Source of the DNA: an uncultured bacterium
GTDB lineage: Bacteria > Hydrothermota > Tepidihabitantia > Tepidihabitantales > CAIPLT01
NCBI GenBank assembly: GCA_964642595.1
Contig: CAZXRM010000021.1
Coordinates: forward strand, 1 to 13,368
Length of the DNA: 13,368 bases
Direction: 5' to 3'
Program-made: the position numbers and the translations under genes
The notes under the pieces: model-generated
The model's database searches: none
What the model saw: the letters and a program-made list of their open reading frames with translations, nothing else
What the model was told of the DNA's origin: nothing
Part shown: in pieces, positions 6,908 through 13,368 of the stretch
How positions within the stretch are numbered: the first letter of the stretch is position 1
Layout: every line of letters begins with the position of its first letter

Positions 6908-7651
6908 ATGTATAGTATAATAACTTTAATTGTCTTATTCATAATTATTCTATCAACGATGATTAAGGTCTTACGTGAATACGAACGAGCAGTAATTTTC
7001 CGTCTGGGGCGGCTTATTGGAGTCAAAGGTCCGGGATTGATTTTCTTAATACCGTTTATTGACCGGATGGTCAAAGTCAGTCTGCGGGTCGTTACATTGG
7101 ATGTGCCGCCACAGGATGTTATTACGAGAGATAATGTCTCAGTAAATGTTAATGCGGTCGCCTACTTCAGACCAATGGACCCGACACGAGCAATCACCGA
7201 AGTTGAAAATTACCTGTATGCAACCTCGCAGATTGCACAGACAACTTTACGGAGTGTTTTGGGCGAATACGAACTTGATGATTTACTAACCAAACGGGAA
7301 ATGATTAATCAACGACTGCAAAAAATTATTGATGTGCAGACCGACCCTTGGGGTATTAAGGTTTCGATGGTGGAAATTAAACATGTTGATTTACCAGAAA
7401 CTATGCGAAGGGCAATCGCACGTCAAGCCGAAGCGGAAAGAGAGCGCAGGGCAAAAGTCATTCATGCGGACGGTGAATTCCAGGCATCGGATAAATTGAG
7501 GGAAGCAGCAGAAATCTTGGCGAAAACTCCGACATCAGTGCAATTAAGATTTTTACAAACGCTCACCGAAATTGCCACCGAGAAAAACTCGACAATTATT
7601 TTCCCAGTACCGATTGATTTATTATCATCGTTTATGAAGAAAAAGGAATAA
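6908..7651 (+). CDS. SPFH/band-7 (stomatin-like) membrane protein
   Basis: An N-terminal TM helix is followed by V-IFRLGRL, the [33 protein letters not shown]... core and a C-terminal coiled coil ([16 protein letters not shown]). A strong SD, AAAGGAG, sits 8 nt upstream. Confidence 0.9.
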   Translation: MYSIITLIVLFIIILSTMIKVLREYERAVIFRLGRLIGVKGPGLIFLIPFIDRMVKVSLRVVTLDVPPQDVITRDNVSVNVNAVAYFRPMDPTRAITEVENYLYATSQIAQTTLRSVLGEYELDDLLTKREMINQRLQKIIDVQTDPWGIKVSMVEIKHVDLPETMRRAIARQAEAERERRAKVIHADGEFQASDKLREAAEILAKTPTSVQLRFLQTLTEIATEKNSTIIFPVPIDLLSSFMKKKE

Positions 7652-7656
7652 ATCAG

Positions 7657-7712
7657 AAAAAAAATAGAAACTCATTGATATAAATTTGACTTATACCAAC
7701 AAATTTCTATTA
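7657..7712 (-). terminator. Candidate bidirectional factor-independent terminator between the convergent SPFH and ftsZ genes
   Basis: ATAGAAA (7664-7670) pairs with TTTCTAT (7704-7710), or the inner arms AAATTTG/CAAATTT pair instead. On the minus strand the hairpin is followed by a U8 run (rc of 7657-7664), 20 nt after the ftsZ stop. The stems are AT-rich and the loop is long, so this is a weak call. Confidence 0.3.
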
Positions 7713-7729
7713 GTTTAAACAATATTTTT

Positions 7730-8824
7730 TTAGTCCATTTGCCTTCGGATAAATGCCGGGATATCTAAGTCGTCTTTGTTAATTGGTGTCGGCTCACCGG
7801 TTTTAATCGGTCTTCGGGTTGGGAATAATTCGTCGGAATTGAGCATATCCATAATCTCTTTTAAATGGGGCAGTGATTCTTCGATACCGGTCGCAATAAC
7901 TGTAACTCGCATGGAATCTTTCAGGTTTTTATCTTTAGTTGCCCCAAAGCGTATATCCGCATGACCATTGGCAGCATTATGAATGATAGTTGCTGCTTCA
8001 TTGACTTCCTGCAAAGTCATTCTTTCATCACCGGCGATATTAAGTAAAATTTTAGTCGCGGTTTCAATATTAGTCTCCTCGATAATCGGTGCGTTGATTG
8101 CCAAATGCGCTGCTTCGGAAGCACGTCCCTGACCTGCTGCAATACCACTGGAAATTAAGGCACCACCTTTTTCTAGCATTACATTTCGGACATCAGCAAA
8201 ATCAATGTTAATTATGCCTGGCTGGGTTATTAAGTCCGAAATACCTTTTACCGCATTTAATAATACATCGTCGGCAATCCGAAATGCCTGAAGACAGGTA
8301 ACCTGACCGTAGTTTTCAATAAGTTTTTGGTTGGGAATGACTATCAATGTGTCAACTTTTTCTTTAAGTTGTTTAATTCCATTATACGCCTGATTGATTC
8401 GGTTTTTCCCTTCAAAATCGAACGGTTTGGTAACGATTGCGATGACAATTGCACCTTGAGTTTTTGCGATTTCCGCAATCAAAGGTGTTGCGCCGGTTCC
8501 AGTACCGCCACCTTCGCCGCATGCCAGAAAAATCATATCATAACCGGTTAGAATATTTTTTATCAAATCCAACGATTCTTCACATGCTTTTCGACCAAGG
8601 TCGGGATTTCCGCCCGAACCGAGTCCACCGGTTATCTGGGCACCGATTTGTATTCTGTTTTCTGCTAGATTCATTGATAATGCCTGCAGGTCAGTATTTA
8701 TCGCATAAAATTCAACATTATTCAATTTTGCCTCGATCATATGATTGATTGCATTATTACCGGCACCGCCGATACCGATAACGGCAATCTTTGCTAAGTT
8801 TTTTTCTTCTACTGGTTCAATCAT
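7730..8824 (-). CDS. ftsZ: Cell division GTPase FtsZ
   Basis: GIGGAGNNAIN and GGGTGTGATP tubulin signatures. The C-terminal conserved peptide DDLDIPAFIRRQ is present. SD GGAG sits 5 nt upstream. Confidence 0.97.
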   Translation of the reverse strand: MIEPVEEKNLAKIAVIGIGGAGNNAINHMIEAKLNNVEFYAINTDLQALSMNLAENRIQIGAQITGGLGSGGNPDLGRKACEESLDLIKNILTGYDMIFLACGEGGGTGTGATPLIAEIAKTQGAIVIAIVTKPFDFEGKNRINQAYNGIKQLKEKVDTLIVIPNQKLIENYGQVTCLQAFRIADDVLLNAVKGISDLITQPGIINIDFADVRNVMLEKGGALISSGIAAGQGRASEAAHLAINAPIIEETNIETATKILLNIAGDERMTLQEVNEAATIIHNAANGHADIRFGATKDKNLKDSMRVTVIATGIEESLPHLKEIMDMLNSDELFPTRRPIKTGEPTPINKDDLDIPAFIRRQMD

Positions 8825-8842
8825 TATTACTCCTTTTAATGG

Positions 8843-10105
8843 TTACATAAATAATTGTTTTATCATTGCTGAAAGCTGTTCGAATATGTTTTCACTCGAT
8901 GATGTTTTAATATCCATACCATTGACGGTCGGTATAATTGATTGACTGCGTGTTCCATTTTGAATCAGACCATATCGAATCAAACCGAGTGCGGTATAGT
9001 AGGTCGGGTCCGAGATATCACTTGTTTCATCGGAATTTGTCCGATAATTGGCAACTTTAACCGGCAATCTAAAAATCTGCTCAGCTAGAATATCTATTCC
9101 TTTGAGCAATGAAGTCCCCCCGGTCAGAATAATACCACCGGAAAGCCCTTCGGCTAAACCAGTCTCCCGGATTGCATTGTCACAATGCTGTAGAATTTCT
9201 TCAATTCTGGGTTCGATAATTGATGTGAGTAATCGCTGAGAAATCGGGCGATTGACACGACCACTCATATCCTCGATAACAATTGGTTCGTCATGGTCAA
9301 TGCAGCTAATCATTGCCCGACCATAAAGTTTTTTAATTTCTTCGGCTTTTTTATACGGAGTGCGAAGCCCAATTGATATATCTTTAGTTAGATTATCACC
9401 GCCTAAAGGTAATGCTTTATAAAAACGCAAGACACCATCTTTAAAAATAGAAAGATTGGTATTGCCGCCGATATCAACGAGTGCAATTCCTAAATCTTTA
9501 TCTTCAGGTTCGGCAACCGTTAAGGAAATTGCTTGGGGTTGCAGCACTAAAGAATTAGCTTTCAGTTCAAGATGGTCAAGCACCCGATGCAGATTTTCAA
9601 CTGCGGAAAGCGTGCCAATTATTAAAAGCGCATCGAGTTCCAACCGTACTCCGAACATACCAATTGGATTGCGAATTCCCTTTTGCCCGTCAACGATGAA
9701 CTGGTTGGGTATTAAATGAATGATTTGCTCATCGGGCGGGAGCCGAATTGCCTGTGCCTGGCGCAGACATTCATTGACATCTTTTTCAGTTATTCCTTTA
9801 CCGGGATTTTTCACGGGCGCGGTTCCAACGCTGGGCATTTGTTTGATGTACGAACCAGAAATTCCGACAAAAATACGGCAGTTCTTCGCTCGGACATTGG
9901 CCATTTTTTCCGCATCTTCGATAGCTTGAGCAACCGAAACAACTGCTCGTTCTAAATTAATCACGATACCGTTTCTAAAGCCCTCGGGATTGGAAATTCC
10001 CTGACCAATAATATTTAATTTACCGTTATTGTCACTTTCCGCAATGACACTTGCGATTTTGGTCGAGCCGACATCTAAACCAAGTATTCTTTTTAACTTT
10101 GCCAT
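8843..10105 (-). CDS. ftsA: Cell division protein FtsA
   Basis: LGLDVGSTKI N-terminal actin fold. VDIGGNTN, ILTGGTS and a C-terminal amphipathic helix are present. SD GAGGTG is upstream. It lies directly upstream of ftsZ. Confidence 0.95.
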   Translation of the reverse strand: MAKLKRILGLDVGSTKIASVIAESDNNGKLNIIGQGISNPEGFRNGIVINLERAVVSVAQAIEDAEKMANVRAKNCRIFVGISGSYIKQMPSVGTAPVKNPGKGITEKDVNECLRQAQAIRLPPDEQIIHLIPNQFIVDGQKGIRNPIGMFGVRLELDALLIIGTLSAVENLHRVLDHLELKANSLVLQPQAISLTVAEPEDKDLGIALVDIGGNTNLSIFKDGVLRFYKALPLGGDNLTKDISIGLRTPYKKAEEIKKLYGRAMISCIDHDEPIVIEDMSGRVNRPISQRLLTSIIEPRIEEILQHCDNAIRETGLAEGLSGGIILTGGTSLLKGIDILAEQIFRLPVKVANYRTNSDETSDISDPTYYTALGLIRYGLIQNGTRSQSIIPTVNGMDIKTSSSENIFEQLSAMIKQLFM

Positions 10106-10109
10106 TTTT

Positions 10110-11084
10110 TCACCTCACTTCACTTAATTTATTTGGAAAGATTTGTATTTCCTGTTTTAATAATGTACCGGTTTTTAATTCAACGGTACTATTAATGATT
10201 TGAATAAGTTCATAAACATCATTAAAATCTGCATTGTTTTGATTTATTATAAAATTGCCATGCTTTTCCGAAATACAGGCGCCTTTAATTTTCAATCCCT
10301 TAAGCCCACAATCATCAATTAATTTACCAGCAGCAGCGATTGATGGATTTCTGAATACTGAACCAGCTGATGCACCGGTGGGCTGGGTTGCTTTTCTTTT
10401 TAGTTGATACTCGTTAATCTTCCGTCCGATTTTTATTTTGTTACCAAATTCCAATTTCAATTTGCCATGAGTTATAACAAAACCATCTGGCAAATTTGAT
10501 TTACGATATTTAAAATTTAATTCTTTTCGGGTAAGTATTACATCTTCGCCAGTACTTGATATTCCATTGATTTGTTCGATTAAATCTCCGATGTTCTGTG
10601 AAAACGCACCGGCATTAGAATAAATTGCCCCGCCGAATGAACCAGGAATTCCCCAGACGAATTCGATACCGGATAAAGATCGGGCAACCGCATATCGAAG
10701 CAGTTTTGACAAAGGTGTCGCGGCGCCAACAGACAATTGGGGATTAGAGATTAGGGGTGGGGAGTTTGTATGTGCTGACACTATATTATCGAATGCTTTG
10801 CCAAGTTTGATTGTAATTCCTTTTAATCCTTGTTGCGATATCAAAATATTTGAACCTTGACCGATTATGAAATATGGAATTTTTTCTTGATGGGAAAATT
10901 GCAATATCCTTTTCAGGTCGTCTGAAGAATTGATAATAACCAAACATTCAGCATTGCCACCGATGTGAAATGTCGTGTACTTAAATAGTGGTTCGTTCCA
11001 CAGTACTTTAGTTAATTCAGACTCGCCTCGCTGAGTCGAAGCGGGAGTTATAATATTTTTAATAATTCTTCGCCAATCTGCCAT
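10110..11084 (-). CDS. murB: UDP-N-acetylenolpyruvoylglucosamine reductase MurB
   Basis: YTTFHIGGNAE FAD-binding N-terminus. GQGSNIL, GIPGSFGGAIYSNAGA and GACISEKHGNFIIN motifs. SD AGGAG is upstream. The ORF contains an in-frame G-rich element at 10735-10764 encoding SPPLISNPQL. Confidence 0.9.
   Translation of the reverse strand: MADWRRIIKNIITPASTQRGESELTKVLWNEPLFKYTTFHIGGNAECLVIINSSDDLKRILQFSHQEKIPYFIIGQGSNILISQQGLKGITIKLGKAFDNIVSAHTNSPPLISNPQLSVGAATPLSKLLRYAVARSLSGIEFVWGIPGSFGGAIYSNAGAFSQNIGDLIEQINGISSTGEDVILTRKELNFKYRKSNLPDGFVITHGKLKLEFGNKIKIGRKINEYQLKRKATQPTGASAGSVFRNPSIAAAGKLIDDCGLKGLKIKGACISEKHGNFIINQNNADFNDVYELIQIINSTVELKTGTLLKQEIQIFPNKLSEVR
10735..10764. repeat. G-rich dispersed element, copy C (AATTGGGGATTAGAGATTAGGGGTGGGGAG) in frame inside murB
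   Basis: Its reverse complement is translated in the murB frame as (N)SPPLISNPQL. The tail P-Q-L from CCC-CAA-TT is the same as at copy B. Confidence 0.6.
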
Positions 11085-12433
11085 ATATTACCTGCTCCTA
11101 ATGTAATAATAACATCATTTGGTTTAATTATGTTTAATAAATAAGTTATGATATCCGGAAAACTTTCTTTATAAATTATTTCTAAATTGGGCATCTTAGT
11201 TTTTTTATTTGTTGTGTTTTTTATCGCATCAATAATAATTTCGGATGTTATACCGGGAATGGGTGTTTCGGAGGCAGAATATATCTTGGTCAATACAAGA
11301 TTATCAATCGAGTTAAAGCAGTTTTGGAAATCATTTACCAAAAATTTCGTTCGGGTGTAACGGTGCGGTTGAAAAATAGTTATAATTCTATTATTGGGAT
11401 AGGCATTGCGTAAGGTGGTAAGAGTTGCTTTTATCTCAGTCGGATGATGCCCATAATCATCATAGATGCTTATATTATTTTTTTCGCCTTTGAATTCCAG
11501 ACGGCGATGAACGCCTTTAAAATTTTCAAGCGACTGGATGATTTGAGACAGTGAAATTTCGAGTTTCAAACCAACGCAAATTGTTGCCAATGCATTTTTA
11601 ATATTATGTTTGCCGGCGACATTAAGTTTACAGTCAAGTGATTGACCATTATACCGTAAGGTAAATCGTGAGCCAAAATTTAAAAGCTTAATATTTTCAG
11701 CACGCACCTGAGCGTTCTTATTGATACCAAAAGTGATGTATTCTCTTTTAATCATCGGTATTACTTTACGGACTTGCGGGCAGTCAATGCCAAGAATCGT
11801 CGAGCCAAAAAATGGAGTTTTATTGACAAACCGAATAAATGCTTTCTTAATTTCCGAAATATTACGGTAATAATCCAGATGTTCGCGTTCGATATTTGTC
11901 ACAACCGCAATGGTCGGATAAAGCAATAAAAATGAGCGGTCACTTTCATCGGCTTCCGCAATCAAGTATTGACCGGTACCGAGTTTTGCACCGGAATTCG
12001 ATCCCAGAACTCGTCCACCAATGATAATCGTCGGATTAAGACCAGAGTCTTCCAACATTGTTCCGACCATTGATGTGACGGTTGTTTTGCCATGAGTTCC
12101 GGATACGGCAATGGAAAATTTCATTCTCATTAATTCGGCTAACATTTCGGCACGGGGGATAACTGGTATTTTATTTGCCAAAGCATATTGGATTTCTGGA
12201 TTATTTTGGTTTATTGCCGAAGAATAAACGACAACCTCGGCATTCTGACAATTTGACGAATTATGTTCATAAAAAATTTTAATAGCCTGCTTTTCTAAAG
12301 TGTCAGTGAGGTTTGATTTGCTTATGTCCGAACCAGAGATATTAAATCCCATATTTTTCAGAATTAAAGCAATACCCGACATACCCGAACCGCCGATACC
12401 GACAAAATGAATATGATTAATTTTACCGAACAT
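11048..12433 (-). CDS. murC: UDP-N-acetylmuramate--L-alanine ligase MurC
   Basis: IHFVGIGGSGMSGIA N-terminal motif. GTHGKTTVTSM P-loop. The Mur ligase middle and C-terminal domains are present (DDYGHHPTE). The ORF overlaps murB by 37 nt. Confidence 0.95.
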   Translation of the reverse strand: MFGKINHIHFVGIGGSGMSGIALILKNMGFNISGSDISKSNLTDTLEKQAIKIFYEHNSSNCQNAEVVVYSSAINQNNPEIQYALANKIPVIPRAEMLAELMRMKFSIAVSGTHGKTTVTSMVGTMLEDSGLNPTIIIGGRVLGSNSGAKLGTGQYLIAEADESDRSFLLLYPTIAVVTNIEREHLDYYRNISEIKKAFIRFVNKTPFFGSTILGIDCPQVRKVIPMIKREYITFGINKNAQVRAENIKLLNFGSRFTLRYNGQSLDCKLNVAGKHNIKNALATICVGLKLEISLSQIIQSLENFKGVHRRLEFKGEKNNISIYDDYGHHPTEIKATLTTLRNAYPNNRIITIFQPHRYTRTKFLVNDFQNCFNSIDNLVLTKIYSASETPIPGITSEIIIDAIKNTTNKKTKMPNLEIIYKESFPDIITYLLNIIKPNDVIITLGAGNIWQIGEELLKIL

Positions 12434-12435
12434 TT

Positions 12436-13368
12436 TTATTGTTTATGAGTTAATGGATTTTTGAGTTGATGGGTTGATGATGTTGTGTTATTTAATATAT
12501 GTTGTGCGATTTTTTCCGCCGAATCAATTTTTGCAAGAGCAAATGCATTTTTACTCATTTCGTTTAATTTGTTTTTATTATTTATTAATGATTCAAGGAT
12601 GTTTTTTAGTTGTGAAACAAATTCTTGAGAATATCCAGAGCGGCGGTGTTGGTCTAAAATGATTGCAGCGTTGTTTTGGGCTAAAAACTGAGCATTCGCT
12701 GCTTGGTGGTTATCTGTGGCAAATGGGAAGGGAATAATTATGGATGGGATACCAAAAACTAATATTTCTGATAAGACCATACCGCCGGCTCGGGATATTA
12801 CAATACTCGATTTTTCGTAATACGTTTCTATGGACAAAGTAAAATCAATTAACTGACAATTATTTGATTTTACTAATTGTTTGATTTTCTCATAATCACG
12901 CTTGCCGGTCTGAATAATAAAATTCAGTTCCGGCATTTGTGCGGCAAGTTCTACAATATTTAAATTGATAAAACTCGCACCCTGACTTCCGCCAAGAACT
13001 AAAATAGTCTTGCCATCATCTTTTCGTTTGTGATTCAATACTTCGAGACGCAATGGATTTCCAGTATAAACAGTTCTTGCCTTAATCTTTTTCAGTAATG
13101 GAAATCCAAGAAATACCAACTTTGCCCATTTTGCAAAATATTTGGTGGTGCGACCCGGGATGCGATTTTGTTCTAATATAAAGAATTTAATATGCAAAAT
13201 CAATGACCAAAGAATCGGAACTAATGCAGTATAACCACTACTTGAGACAATTGCATCCGGTCTTTCTTTATATAAAATTTTAGGAAATATTATCATCGCC
13301 ATTATGATATTTAAGAAGAATGTAATTTTATCTTTTACACCTTTACCAAAAAAACCGCTGAATGGCAA
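12436..13368 (-). CDS. murG: MurG, undecaprenyl-PP-MurNAc-pentapeptide UDP-GlcNAc transferase; the N-terminus lies beyond the window edge
   Basis: ILVLGGSQGA and the GT-B C-domain motifs (GIPSIIIPFPFATDNHQAANA) are present. The ORF is open to the window end. It carries an unusual C-terminal tail, NNTTSSTHQLKNPLTHKQ. Confidence 0.9.
   Translation of the reverse strand: MPFSGFFGKGVKDKITFFLNIIMAMIIFPKILYKERPDAIVSSSGYTALVPILWSLILHIKFFILEQNRIPGRTTKYFAKWAKLVFLGFPLLKKIKARTVYTGNPLRLEVLNHKRKDDGKTILVLGGSQGASFINLNIVELAAQMPELNFIIQTGKRDYEKIKQLVKSNNCQLIDFTLSIETYYEKSSIVISRAGGMVLSEILVFGIPSIIIPFPFATDNHQAANAQFLAQNNAAIILDQHRRSGYSQEFVSQLKNILESLINNKNKLNEMSKNAFALAKIDSAEKIAQHILNNTTSSTHQLKNPLTHKQ

Noticed and set aside
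5492-7074. Minus-strand ORFs 5492-5761, 5917-6138 and 6835-7074 inside plsY/gpsA/SPFH
   Set aside because: They are antisense to well-supported genes and show no motifs, so they are shadow ORFs.
11048-11084. 37-nt murC/murB overlap as a possible frameshift or mis-start
   Set aside because: The murB start at 11084 has a good SD (AGGAG) and there is no internal Met before the FAD-binding motif. Overlaps of this size are common in dcw clusters and both ORFs are intact.
7776-12662. Plus-strand ORFs 7776-7964, 8327-8551, 8449-8748, 8745-8945, 9048-9239, 9456-9719, 9716-9955, 9720-9929 and 12474-12662 inside ftsZ/ftsA/murG
   Set aside because: They are antisense to highly conserved dcw genes. Their Ser/Arg/Cys-rich translations are typical of the reverse strand of AT-rich coding DNA.
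1-13368. Screen for tRNA, rRNA, tmRNA, RNase P, SRP RNA, transposases, integrases and phage genes
   Set aside because: No T-loop (GGTTCGAATCC-like) or anticodon-arm architecture, no rRNA-like stretch and no recombinase-like ORF was seen by eye. A covariance-model scan would be needed to exclude small structured RNAs in 1-500.

Overview
This is a ~13.4 kb AT-rich (roughly mid-30s % GC by eye) bacterial chromosomal segment, with Shine-Dalgarno sites visible before several genes (ftsZ, ftsA, murB, SPFH). It contains three transcription blocks plus a 500-bp non-coding left end. (1) Minus strand, 3562->501: a three-gene operon encoding an HgdC/BcrAD/YjiL-type ATP-dependent [4Fe-4S] 'activase' ATPase preceded by two mutually paralogous partner proteins of unknown function. 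This is a split form of the widespread but biochemically uncharacterised 'activase-related' module. (2) Plus strand, 3680->7651: pilT, then plsY-gpsA, a tiny MerR-like HTH protein and an SPFH/stomatin protein. pilT is transcribed divergently from block 1, from a textbook TTGACA-N16-TATAAT promoter. (3) Minus strand, 13368->7730: a condensed dcw cluster, murG(partial)-murC-murB-ftsA-ftsZ, with no ddl or ftsQ between murB and ftsA. Structure not explained by the genes: (a) two inverted arrays of about seven CTCAAAR/TTTTGAG heptamers flanking the junction upstream of the activase gene; (b) a family of short G-rich 'ATTAGGGG/ATTGGGG' elements present three times, once intergenic, once forming the C-terminal tail of a partner protein, and once in frame inside murB; (c) a perfect 24-bp palindrome and a GC hairpin in the left non-coding region; (d) back-to-back -35 hexamers forming a 17-bp inverted repeat between the divergent operons; (e) three copies of ACGCAGATA between pilT and plsY. 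No tRNA, rRNA, CRISPR, transposase or integrase was recognised. All functional calls rest on motif recognition by eye. No database search could be run.
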